This document shows positions 46,001 through 53,434 of a stretch of DNA of 53,434 nucleotides, piece by piece. Within the stretch, counting starts at the first letter, position 1. Each line of letters opens with the position of its first letter. This DNA comes from a virus. Taxonomy: Duplodnaviria; Caudoviricetes. The notes under the pieces were generated by a model. That model was not told where the DNA came from, made no database searches, and saw nothing but the letters and a program-made list of their open reading frames with translations. The stretch spans positions 1 through 53,434 of IMG/VR virus record IMGVR_UViG_3300020470_000012; one strand, given 5' to 3'. The position numbers were made by a program, and so were the translations under genes.

Positions 46001-48067
46001 GATGCTGTTCCAATTCAATATATTGGATCTACACTTTCTATATCTGCTCAACCACAGTCTGCAAGTATTATATCTGGTCAATCTAATACCTTTACTGTCA
46101 CTGCTGCATCTACAGATGATGTAACTCTTGAATATCAGTGGCAAGAATCTCAGGATAGTGGTACTAGTTGGACTGATCTTCCTGGAGAAACAGCAGCATC
46201 TATGACTAGATCTGGTATCCAGACCGCAGTAGGTGCAAATGGATATGAGTATAGAGTAAAAATAACTTCAACATCTGCAACCAATTCTCCTCTTTATAGT
46301 AGTTCTGCTCTTCTAACAGTAACACAAGGTTCTATCAATATTGATAGTCATCCAGCATCTATAACTAAAGACGAAGGTACTTCTCATTCATTCGATGTTA
46401 GTGTTACTACTAATAGTGGATTAGCAGTAGTATACCAGTGGCAGCAATGGGATGGAAGTGCTTGGCAAAATGTTGGTAGTGATCAAAATACTTTAGACCT
46501 TACTGCTCTTGATTATGCAACTTATAATGGAGCACAGTATCAAGTTGTTTGTACTATTCCTGGATTAGGATCATTAACCAGTAATACTGCTACTCTAACT
46601 ATTGAAAGAACGATTAGTATTGATACTGATCCTGTAGATGTTACAGTCTATGCTACTCAAAATGCTACATTCTCTGTAGTTGCATCTGTTTCTAGTGGAA
46701 CAGCAACTTATCAATGGGAAGAATCTCAAGATGGTGGTACTACTTGGTCTGATCTTGCTGGAGCAACAACTGCTAGTTATACAATTACTTCTGCAGCAAC
46801 ATCTCAAGATGGGTACAAATATAGAGTAAAGGTTGATGTAGCTGGATCAGGTGGTTCTATTACATCTAATTCTGCAACTTTAACTGTTGCTGTTCAACCA
46901 ACACTCATAATTACAGGTCAACCATCAGATGCTTCTGTATATCAACCAGATACTCATTCATTCAATGTAACTGCTTCTGCTTCTGATGGTTCAAGTCTAA
47001 CTTGGCAATGGCAGAAATCTGATGATAATGGAACGAGTTGGCAAGATGTAGCAGGTGCTACTACTAATGGATATACAACTCCAGCAACTTCTACTGCAAC
47101 TGATAATGGAGATCAGTATAGGGTAGTAGTTAGTCATCCTGCTGCAACAAATAGTCCTCTGACTTCTAATGCTGCGGTTCTAACAGTAGTAACTCCAGTT
47201 ATTCAAGTTTCTACTCAACCAGTTAGTGTTTCGACAACTGCTGGTGTACCTACAAACTTTACAGTTGCTGCCAGTGTTACCAGTGGTAAACAAATAGATT
47301 ATCAGTGGCAAGAGTCTGGTGATAATGGAACAACTTGGACTGATATTACTGGTGCTATTGCAGATAATATTTCTATTACTGGTAATGCAACTAATAATAA
47401 TTATAGGTATAGATGTTTATTTGACTCTCTAGGTGCTGCTCAAGTTACATCTCAATCTGCTACTCTAACACTCACATTTATTCAGCAACCAACATTACAA
47501 ACATCCCATATTGATAGTTCAACTAATAAGACATTTGTAAGACAACCTAAGATACAGGGTAGTCTGTTTATAAGTTATCTTGGAAATGGACATTATGCAT
47601 CCTTCTGGAAGATAACTAGGAATACTGATAATGTAGTTGTTTATGATACAAGTACTGATTTATCTGCTGATGGGGATCAAACTAATAAGGTTGAATTGAC
47701 AACTCCTGTATTAGATTGGAATACATCATATACAATTACAGTCAAGTATAAAGATGCAGCAGGATATATAAGTGCTGAAAGTGCAGCAACTTCATTTACA
47801 ACTCCAGTAGCTGATCAACCAACTTTCAATCTACCAATTCCAACTAGTCTACGACCTACTATTACACTAAATACTCCTAGTTATGATACTGTAAATTATA
47901 ACCATACATCGACTGACTGGCAGATATCTGATGATGCACAATTTAGTAATGTGATTTATGAATCAATTGGTGATGTAAATAATAAGACGGAACTTGAAGT
48001 TCCATCTAATGTCGTATTACAATCATCGACTAATTATTATGTAAGAACTCGACTTAATGTAACCTAA
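39995..48067 (+). CDS. Peptidase S8 (subtilisin/proteinase K-like) multidomain protein with cupredoxin-like, YHYH-like, Ig-like and FN3-like modules; likely virion-associated
   Basis: DIYILDSG, DGHGT, SAGN and SGTSFSSP motifs in order; two CxxHxxM motifs; HSKIVGIAYDGYPIYGP; tandem Ig repeats. Confidence 0.88.
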   Translation: MATNKVLLTKAASNSKTLQQIADDVVAKVAGSSLVKILVSQDTIIFDTDNSRTQAQLKTGIDDLNHGKTYLDHENFKFLGTRSTVVPGVGSSHYWHLDAITRLNYQAAKAAGNVTTYSTSNEGDEVDIYILDSGVRGASRPTGVDVGLHPEFYNPDNNTNLNGTSEQADYRVYELPSALYTSPATGGSNEPQSTGSNSSDGHGTYAAICAAGVRAGVANKARIYSVRISDDTGVMSYSSIRTAYDAVYNHNDPTHANYKGNTLDGNTRPRPSIVNCSFGSTLPNPLSPWVDRNERYVGQNYTFNVTATGNSNYTISGTDANGAVSGDDPNIFCKKGDTLTFTMNASGHPFHIQTGGASYNNSLAAGGVSGAGNAASGDVVFDTAHGCVGKASGSFIYVCQNHASMLGNIYVEQSPTTNNGTNELLDDGEHMLGMLKNVTVCRSAGNGLDFELNDVPTDYGPVNTKVVYGSRSTGQDSKLDAEITLTDNYSRRGEQVGYGEEDTSDVITVGALKIGSSNKLEFADFTNYGEAVTAYAPGQGIYLPSYDWSSGTVTNVDYSNGNHITISGTSFSSPIVAGMSAIFRQIHDGAAEGKVCAKWAAERRYQFADLDDSTDIASTPVGGWLNNTVVSDGAATTNFFTDHNTETHYRFKTNAGTNNIVMQLTTGEYNIIGPSVDDIFEFEFPRVEDSPNAPDVNSLMRAQMKKDTFNLGERRDYKFTVSNPGGGNKLTWDRMQNGVPNGNPQAGIPLELDNGVVYRFYQTDPSNLTHPIDISDTSDGTHAGGKSFVDYVDQVIGKGAHGYRMNLKYYVDQGGLTQVDKTTYDNLAGSGPECFIEWINPMGNTHPDVDSSVYPTDWHYYCVNHPGMGSGIIQSTSNSGFGNTTECTIGGIDIQEFCSKWRKVTAVSSIDKTITFQADTTATHTEEGGGGGFNNCLAGAEYATGDKPRWPMRFTKITGTFYENDAFWNWINNHSNVVNGNSYAGGAFTAGEYWARLEVEEGVSDGKPVQYFPVPKSRFTHQSISSEWENTHAYPDNTLYNAGSRWGRGKYDNVQHKFVPVPEEFSRDHIYDMIPVFHPYIDLIASWTTPSGLIGTLTNGTSVNIDLSVSAITTFANETIGSGHTPEYELVSGGGRAPFTYSSGTGKYTIDGTGLALDQTTGALQGTCTNPNNDTTYTLQVRDKVSDQAIDYSFTLVGTASGSSTVTITGSPSNATGDGSYPVDSGTVTYTCSATDSLGTTLEYQWKYAINSTQANLGNWTNVPTTGSFAGAGGVNTDTLTIPDNLLLDGYLFSCVVNSSTAASSEQTGSASLSITVTVSCTAWWSGQTSLYAATECAGTSGTCTQAEVEIQAVSSDGATLNLAPGYNSTLTGNETDIVSRIVDGNNFCLEALGGNGTNGHPLYRVKLGYGSITFNDNNQTIKITATHPTLGTSATATSVGGPFTINPNYNESPPSPTTASVQSGNAHSFTVSYGHSSANFGGAAATIIWRYKLDGGAGWVTVDGTESWFSSRDDSTTNSSTLTIAPTTTFDNSIWQATAYVDTASSGVTDTKDIAKYSSVFSNQVTLTVLAAPTINLQAPSGVTPDNSISVTKGTLSASEHLLTIVSDGLPDPAIHGADFVAPNDLRVVERTHSIIYRGGTNTPSLTPWTNNALGVFANGVSVRYPSAGTDKLPNGVESPPATLQFNEVHFASLYNADAASGFCETTGEYHYQTSAFLSAWAGDSWRGVAGSNGYYKNSNFSGDNFRHSDGHSKIVGIAYDGYPIYGPFGYTTYNDNTSAIKRVTSSFALKANDNHRPTNWKFTDEVTFTDSTPNATLVNGSFIEDYQYNPGSGDLDQSNGRYCVTPDYPNGTYAYFMPQDAGNNPQFPYIVGTALRQAYYLPGTNASDPGGTNTQGPGSGGFDITSIFCKGMTMVAETGGDNTREITGDTASMQFGSAPYTYIWQKSSDNGTTWVDISAADAGFFNENSDTLTVYDKNAGIDDLLVRIKVTNSLSVYKVSDAVPIQYIGSTLSISAQPQSASIISGQSNTFTVTAASTDDVTLEYQWQESQDSGTSWTDLPGETAASMTRSGIQTAVGANGYEYRVKITSTSATNSPLYSSSALLTVTQGSINIDSHPASITKDEGTSHSFDVSVTTNSGLAVVYQWQQWDGSAWQNVGSDQNTLDLTALDYATYNGAQYQVVCTIPGLGSLTSNTATLTIERTISIDTDPVDVTVYATQNATFSVVASVSSGTATYQWEESQDGGTTWSDLAGATTASYTITSAATSQDGYKYRVKVDVAGSGGSITSNSATLTVAVQPTLIITGQPSDASVYQPDTHSFNVTASASDGSSLTWQWQKSDDNGTSWQDVAGATTNGYTTPATSTATDNGDQYRVVVSHPAATNSPLTSNAAVLTVVTPVIQVSTQPVSVSTTAGVPTNFTVAASVTSGKQIDYQWQESGDNGTTWTDITGAIADNISITGNATNNNYRYRCLFDSLGAAQVTSQSATLTLTFIQQPTLQTSHIDSSTNKTFVRQPKIQGSLFISYLGNGHYASFWKITRNTDNVVVYDTSTDLSADGDQTNKVELTTPVLDWNTSYTITVKYKDAAGYISAESAATSFTTPVADQPTFNLPIPTSLRPTITLNTPSYDTVNYNHTSTDWQISDDAQFSNVIYESIGDVNNKTELEVPSNVVLQSSTNYYVRTRLNVT
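46030..47480 (+). repeat. Five tandem ~95-aa Ig-like repeats
   Basis: Pattern I...P......G....F.V.A......YQWQ.S.D.G..W.D..G.....Y(R).....S..A.LT repeats five times. Confidence 0.85.
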
Positions 48068-48068
48068 C

Positions 48069-48317
48069 ATGGCACAATCGTCTTGGGGAACAGCGATATT
48101 TTCGACCCCCACATCACCACACTTATCTACTAAGCCAGTAGTTCTTACTACTGACACCTTCGAAGCTCAAAGAAGAAAGATCAATCAGATCTCAACTAAC
48201 TTGGGTGATGTTGGACAACTTTCTGGTAACTTCTCAAATGTTGTTGCTGCCGTTAATGCCTTCCAGGCTGGTGTTTCAGAAGATGATGTCATTGCACTTA
48301 CAATCGCACTAGGATAA
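48069..48317 (+). CDS. 82-aa adaptor-like structural protein (TDTFEAQRRKINQI; C-terminal IALTIALG)
   Basis: The TF(E)..R.KIN motif is recalled from N-termini of cyanophage whisker/fibre proteins; an AIALG-type C-terminus is recalled as common in marine phage fibre modules. Confidence 0.75.
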   Translation: MAQSSWGTAIFSTPTSPHLSTKPVVLTTDTFEAQRRKINQISTNLGDVGQLSGNFSNVVAAVNAFQAGVSEDDVIALTIALG

Positions 48318-48323
48318 TAAAAA

Positions 48324-48719
48324 ATGGCAAGTAAATTTAGATCAGCATCGAAGACAGCAGTAGGTGTAGGATTAACACCAATTTATACTCTTGAATTGGG
48401 AACAGGACAATCTGATAAACAGACTGTTCTTGTTGGTGTTACTTTGTGTAATATCACTTCTGCTGCTATCAATGCTTCAGTAAAGATTGATAGACCTGCT
48501 GTTAGTATGACAGTTGCAGGTCAGAATCCTGTTGCAACTGAAGATGTTTGGTTATGTAAAAATATCCCTATTCCTGCAGGGTCATCGTTAGAAATTATGT
48601 CAGGAAACAAAGTTGTGTTAGCATATAATGTAGCGTCAGGTGCTGGAGATACAGTACAGGCACAATCTTCGACTGCTTCGTCATTGGATGTCATTCTAAG
48701 TTACATGGAGATTAGCTAA
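48324..48719 (+). CDS. Small beta-rich structural protein of a fibre module (MASKF...IPAGSSLE...SLDVILSYMEIS)
   Basis: ORF track; type of gene recalled between an ...IALG gene and an MPY(V/I)G gene. Confidence 0.75.
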   Translation: MASKFRSASKTAVGVGLTPIYTLELGTGQSDKQTVLVGVTLCNITSAAINASVKIDRPAVSMTVAGQNPVATEDVWLCKNIPIPAGSSLEIMSGNKVVLAYNVASGAGDTVQAQSSTASSLDVILSYMEIS

Positions 48720-51022
48720 TGCCATATGTAGGTTATGGTGTTGAAAATAGCACCGTTGATTTAGCAGAACAGGTAATAACTGCTTCTGGAGGTTTAACAG
48801 AAACTTTATCAAGATCTGTAAACGAAGATACAGAATTATTAGTATTTGTCAACAATGTCCTAAAGGATACCACCACTTATGAGATTGGTGGATCTCTTAG
48901 AAATGAGTTGACTTTTAGTAGTTCTCCACAAGCAGGAGAAACAATTCTTGTTAGATATCTTCAGAAGAGTGTTGATGTTGTAGCAGTTGCTCCTGCTGGA
49001 GTAAATACATGGCAGGGTAGAACTGGTGCAGTTAATCTAACAACTAATGACCTGAATGATTTGGTAGATGCTGCAGCTATAAAATCCAATGCTGTTGGTC
49101 TTGATGAATTAAGTTCTAGTGCAACGAATAATTCTCTAAGAGCAGTAACAAATAATCATATAAAAGATAGTGCAATAACTGAAGATAAACTTCAAAGTTC
49201 TTCTACTTCGGATACTAACAGAGCAGTTGGTACTGATCACATTAAAAGTAATGCAGTAACTAGCGATAAAATTCCTGATGATGCAATTGGTCCTAAAAAA
49301 TTAGCCCTAAAATTTGCTGATGAGACTGCTGCAAATGCTGCTGGTCTTCAAGAAGGAGATATTTATTATGATGAAGCATTAGATGAACTAAGATATAATA
49401 ATGGTAGTGGATGGCAAGATGTACAGATTGGTGGAACCACAACAGACGTTGGTGACTTACCACTGAATACAACATATACAGGAATTAGATATGCTCCTGA
49501 TATTACAACAACAGAGAATCTAACTGTAAATCCTTCAACAGACTATGCTTATACTTTCTGTGAAAATCTCACAGTTGATAATGGTCATGTTTTAGATATT
49601 GCAAATGGAAAGAATTTAAAGGTTGGTGTATTTTCAAACTTAGGTGGATTCACTGGAGGAACAATTGGTGGTGGAGGTAGTAGTACATCTTTACCAGAAC
49701 TTACTGATGTTAATGTCTCTGGACCAGCAGTCAAACAGGTTCTACGTTATAATGGAAGTGCTTGGGTAAATACACAACTAACATATAATGATATTAGTGG
49801 TCAGGCATTCACTCAAATACAAGCAGATTGGGATCAGGCAAATACTGCACATTTGTCTTATATCAAGAATAAACCTGATATAATATTAGCAAACTCTGAT
49901 CCAACTTTTAATAATGTAACTGTCAGTGGAGATCTAACTGTTGTTGGTACAACTACTCAGAATAATGTTACTACTCTAAATGTTAGTAATAACGAATTAG
50001 TATTGAATGATAATGTTGGAATCTATGAAGGTAATGCTACTAATGGATCTGCAGTTGTTACTAATATAGGATCTACTGCTTCTATTACTGTAGGAGCAGC
50101 AGTTACTATTGATAGTGATGGAGGATCTCTAACACTATCTGGAGCTGCAACTGTTCAATCTGTTGATAGTCCAACACAGATAACTCTGAATGTAAACTTC
50201 GGTGGTAGTGGTAGTGCTACAGGAATTAAATTAGCAATACCTACAGCACCAAATGCTAATGCATCAGTTGTGGTAGAACGTTCTGCATCTAATGATGTAA
50301 GGGTTAGATGGAATGAGACTGATGATAGATGGGAATTTACCAATGATGGTACTACCTATAATAAGATTCCTGTTCCTTCAGAATATGGTGATTACAATAA
50401 CCTTCAAAATCTTCCAAACCTTGCAGCACAACAGCAACAAGTAGATTGGGATTCTACTAGTGGTGTTACTTCAATTGCTAACAAACCAAATATTCCAGAT
50501 TATCTTGGTGAGTTATCAAATGTATCAACTGCTGCTGGTATTGATAATAGTCCAAGTATTACTACTGGATATGTATTGAAGTGGAATGGTACTTCTTGGG
50601 CTCCTGCTGCTGAAGCTGGTGCATCTGGTAGTGGTACTACAGGTCTTCAATCTAGGACAGATATTTCAAAAGTATCTGCTTCGTTAGATAATGATGTAAC
50701 AGATTCAAATGTCAATGCAGAGGGTTATAAATCCTATGTGTTGTTAGGAATAACAACTGATGCTGATGCTTGGGTAAGAGTATATGCAACTGCTGCTGCT
50801 AGACTTGCAGATCTAAATAGATCTGAGGGTACTGATCCATCACCAGGATCAGGTGTAATTGCTGAAGTCAGAGTAAATGGAACTCAGATGATTTCCCCAG
50901 GAACTATTGGTTTCAACTTTGAAACTGCACCAGTGAATACAATATATCTTTCTGTTACTAACAGAAGTGGTTCAACCCAACAAATAACAACAACACTTAA
51001 GGTTATACAACTAGAGGCATAA
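48719..51022 (+). CDS. Tail fibre/whisker-like protein
   Basis: MPYVG start; VFVNNVL domain; A(V/I)T..K(I/L) repeats; L.EL.DV...L.(Y/W)NG..W repeats; DW...I.NKP.I repeats; VER...RWNETDDRW. Confidence 0.8.
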   Translation: MPYVGYGVENSTVDLAEQVITASGGLTETLSRSVNEDTELLVFVNNVLKDTTTYEIGGSLRNELTFSSSPQAGETILVRYLQKSVDVVAVAPAGVNTWQGRTGAVNLTTNDLNDLVDAAAIKSNAVGLDELSSSATNNSLRAVTNNHIKDSAITEDKLQSSSTSDTNRAVGTDHIKSNAVTSDKIPDDAIGPKKLALKFADETAANAAGLQEGDIYYDEALDELRYNNGSGWQDVQIGGTTTDVGDLPLNTTYTGIRYAPDITTTENLTVNPSTDYAYTFCENLTVDNGHVLDIANGKNLKVGVFSNLGGFTGGTIGGGGSSTSLPELTDVNVSGPAVKQVLRYNGSAWVNTQLTYNDISGQAFTQIQADWDQANTAHLSYIKNKPDIILANSDPTFNNVTVSGDLTVVGTTTQNNVTTLNVSNNELVLNDNVGIYEGNATNGSAVVTNIGSTASITVGAAVTIDSDGGSLTLSGAATVQSVDSPTQITLNVNFGGSGSATGIKLAIPTAPNANASVVVERSASNDVRVRWNETDDRWEFTNDGTTYNKIPVPSEYGDYNNLQNLPNLAAQQQQVDWDSTSGVTSIANKPNIPDYLGELSNVSTAAGIDNSPSITTGYVLKWNGTSWAPAAEAGASGSGTTGLQSRTDISKVSASLDNDVTDSNVNAEGYKSYVLLGITTDADAWVRVYATAAARLADLNRSEGTDPSPGSGVIAEVRVNGTQMISPGTIGFNFETAPVNTIYLSVTNRSGSTQQITTTLKVIQLEA

Positions 51023-51024
51023 GG

Positions 51025-52902
51025 ATGGCAGTCACTAAGACAGAATTTCAGGTGAACAGTGGAAACACTGGATGGACAGCTCAACACATTTTAGATGCGT
51101 TAGAAACAGCGTTGGGTCCTACTGGTGCTGGACTTCATAGTGGCACTGCTACTACTGGAGTTATAAGAAAAATTCTAAAACCAACTGACGGATGGGATCA
51201 GATTGGTGGTCAAGTTGCTATAGCAACCCAAAATACTCCAGATAGAACATGGAACTCAGATTTTAGTGATACTGGGACACATTATGATGAATGGGATTAT
51301 ACAGATCCTACACCTCCAAGTGGCGGTACTGCATGTGTAATTACTGTAAGAAGGTATGGATCTTCAATGACCTCCTCCATTCATGGTAAAGTTGCTTGTG
51401 TCTTAGTAAGAAATGGTGGTTCTGGTTATCAAGATGGTGATGCTCTTACAATTCCAGACTCTGCGATTGGTGGTGGAGGAGCATTAGGTGGAGTAGATAT
51501 TGTACTTGGTACACATAGTGCAACTCAAGCAGAAATGAGAACACTAGCTACTCAAGGTGGAACTTCTAATTGGTGGTGGAAAGATACTGACCCTCATATA
51601 AATCATGGTACTTATGGTGCAGGATGTAAAACTGCTGTCCTAAAAGTTACAAATGATGCCTCTAAAACTTATGGAACAACATATTATGGTCTTACCGTAT
51701 GGGATCCATTCATATATGGCAGTAGTTCAATGCCAGCAACACTAAATTTGAAATCAGCAGTAGGATTTGATCCATTTGTTCAGTGTCATACTTGGTATCC
51801 TTTGAATGATTATCAAGGAGGGTTTACAGGTACACCTGGTATGGATGGTTATGGAGTAGATCCTGTACAAACTTCAGGAGGTGGATCTGTTCCTGCAACT
51901 GGTAATACTATTGCTGAAATTAGTGGTAGTGACGAGATAGCAATGTGTAGATTTCCACACGTATGTTATAGAGATCTTAATGGTAATGGTAGAAGTAGTA
52001 GTGATGCTAGAACATATGGATATTCACTTCCTTTTAGAATTTCTAGATCTTCAACTCCAACAGATTACCCATTAAAAATTGTAACCTATAAAGCAGATGC
52101 TTCTCAAGATAATAGTTATTGTATTATTCAATTCCAACAAGTAGTAGCTGGGGATGTTGAAACTTTATGGTCATGGTCATTTAATGCAGGAACTCAATGG
52201 GGTCAAAATATTTGGGATTTAGATAACGTATTCCAAGGTGGAGTAACAATCTATAGGGATACCAATAGAGCTAAAGGAGGTATCATACAAATGGAAGGTG
52301 GAGAAGGTACTGATACGGCTATTGCAATAGCTACTCAAGATTGTATAGACGATAATCAGTATAGCTATACAGGTATATTACCTAATCACGCTTCTTCAAG
52401 CCATATAAACGTTGGTACAAGAATGCGAGAATCTTTGTATGGATATGATAAGATAAATCCAAGCAGTCACAGTAATAGATATAATTTCAGGGAAGATCGT
52501 TATGCAACTAACTTTCAAGGATGGGATTATGAAGGAACAGGAGATGGTTATGATACTAATCAGATAAATATGTACCATAGAAATGATAGTTTTGATAAAA
52601 TCATTCTTAATGGTGTAACTCATAAAGTAGATGTTGCTGCTAATTTTCATAAACCAATAAAAGGTTTACCTGTAAACTCTGGATTCTTCCCATGTCCATA
52701 TTATCTTCCAGATGATTTTGTAATGATTCAATTAGCAGTTACTCCTGGAGCAACTGTGGTTAAATCTGGAGATACTATTACTGTTAGTGGTAGTGAAGTT
52801 TATACTGTTATTGAAGCTTCTGGTGAGACAAATGACGAACTATATGACAATGAGGATGAGGTTGTTAGTAGATGGATATGTTTCTGTGCTAGGACAACCT
52901 AA
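51025..52902 (+). CDS. Putative virion structural or receptor-binding protein, 625 aa
   Basis: VNSGNTGW..ILDALE start; C-terminal PIKGLP...PCPYYLPDDFV...GDTITVSGSEVY; coupled within the fibre cluster. Confidence 0.7.
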   Translation: MAVTKTEFQVNSGNTGWTAQHILDALETALGPTGAGLHSGTATTGVIRKILKPTDGWDQIGGQVAIATQNTPDRTWNSDFSDTGTHYDEWDYTDPTPPSGGTACVITVRRYGSSMTSSIHGKVACVLVRNGGSGYQDGDALTIPDSAIGGGGALGGVDIVLGTHSATQAEMRTLATQGGTSNWWWKDTDPHINHGTYGAGCKTAVLKVTNDASKTYGTTYYGLTVWDPFIYGSSSMPATLNLKSAVGFDPFVQCHTWYPLNDYQGGFTGTPGMDGYGVDPVQTSGGGSVPATGNTIAEISGSDEIAMCRFPHVCYRDLNGNGRSSSDARTYGYSLPFRISRSSTPTDYPLKIVTYKADASQDNSYCIIQFQQVVAGDVETLWSWSFNAGTQWGQNIWDLDNVFQGGVTIYRDTNRAKGGIIQMEGGEGTDTAIAIATQDCIDDNQYSYTGILPNHASSSHINVGTRMRESLYGYDKINPSSHSNRYNFREDRYATNFQGWDYEGTGDGYDTNQINMYHRNDSFDKIILNGVTHKVDVAANFHKPIKGLPVNSGFFPCPYYLPDDFVMIQLAVTPGATVVKSGDTITVSGSEVYTVIEASGETNDELYDNEDEVVSRWICFCARTT

Positions 52903-53237
52903 TGGCAAATCTTACAATTGCAACAGGTTTAGTATTATCTGAGGCTGGTGATGGTACTCCATCAAATCCAGGAATTACTGGTGCTGGTGGAAGTGAATTA
53001 CTTACACCTTTCAATAGGTATAATATGAGTTCTGCTGCAAGAATGTATGTTCCTCCAGTTTATAATCATTTTACTTGGTCTGATATTCAAAGTCTTCTTA
53101 CTAAATCAGAAGAAGAAATTTCATATGAGGATAAAAAGACTTTAGCCTCGAAGGTGACGAGAAGAGGAAGAAGAAGACCACGAGGAATTCTTTATCCACG
53201 TGGATCTTATATTCCTTATAGAAGAAGGTTAAGATAA
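52902..53237 (+). CDS. Hypothetical protein with an Arg-rich C-terminus (GRRRPRGILYPRG)
   Basis: ORF track; TAATG coupling on both sides. Confidence 0.75.
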   Translation: MANLTIATGLVLSEAGDGTPSNPGITGAGGSELLTPFNRYNMSSAARMYVPPVYNHFTWSDIQSLLTKSEEEISYEDKKTLASKVTRRGRRRPRGILYPRGSYIPYRRRLR

Positions 53238-53434
53238 TGGCTGCTCTTACTATTGCAACAGATATGGTATTGACAACAGTTGGTGGTGCATACACTAACC
53301 AAACTGGTGCAAATCCATTACTAACACTTGTGCATGATGATTCAAATATTAGTTCTGCTGTAGGTATGAATGATGGATCATATACTCAGCATGATCTTAC
53401 ATCTTCTGATTTAGCAGCAGGTACTCCTACTGAA
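53237..53434 (+). CDS. Partial ORF (MAALTIATDMVL...), probable paralogue of 52902..53237
   Basis: TAATG overlap at 53235-53239; open to the window end; N-terminus matches MANLTIATGLVL. Confidence 0.75.
   Translation, partial: MAALTIATDMVLTTVGGAYTNQTGANPLLTLVHDDSNISSAVGMNDGSYTQHDLTSSDLAAGTPTE

Noticed and set aside
12114-48067. Inteins or introns explaining the giant ORFs
   Set aside because: No intein splice-junction or LAGLIDADG/HNH motifs were recognised, and the inserts are structural repeats. A Hint-domain HMM search would confirm this.
12332-52650. Many 60-134 aa alternative-frame and antisense ORFs inside the large structural genes
   Set aside because: Expected by-products of codon bias in long AT-rich genes; no motifs or expression signals seen.
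1-53434. tRNA or rRNA genes
   Set aside because: No cloverleaf with a T-arm consensus was seen in the intergenic gaps; tRNAscan-SE was not run.

Overview
This window looks like part of the genome of a T4-like marine cyanophage (Kyanoviridae-type myovirus). (1) 1-~520 holds the start of a minus-strand gene block. (2) ~518-900 is a divergent non-coding junction with 17 CTAG sites, three 22-bp direct repeats, inverted part-copies and near-consensus sigma70 promoters; it is a candidate origin or control region. (3) ~925-4925 is an early-type island of small ORFs. They are driven by a repeated promoter cassette: a semi-palindromic box about 30 nt upstream of a -10, often with a terminator hairpin in between, and several predicted leaderless starts. 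The island also has two candidate structured RNAs and a protein with RNA-ligase-like motifs. (4) ~5100-53434 is a virion-structural block: PAAR spike tip, an 883-aa Ig/vWA/Gly-rich protein, gp25, gp6, a 5764-aa gp7, gp8, a VrlC-like protein, a 2690-aa subtilisin protease with cupredoxin, YHYH-like, Ig and FN3 modules, and fibre-type genes. The most striking signals are three. First, 13 copies of a ~110-aa domain are nested inside each other in gp7, up to six levels deep, with one more isolated copy and one circularly permuted copy. Second, the last FN3-like domain of the protease lacks its final strand, which appears instead as the N-terminus of the next gene in the +1 frame. Third, the protease itself has an intact catalytic triad and type-1-copper-like motifs. 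All family calls come from reading motifs by eye and from recalled gene order; no searches were run. Internal domain coordinates are approximate.
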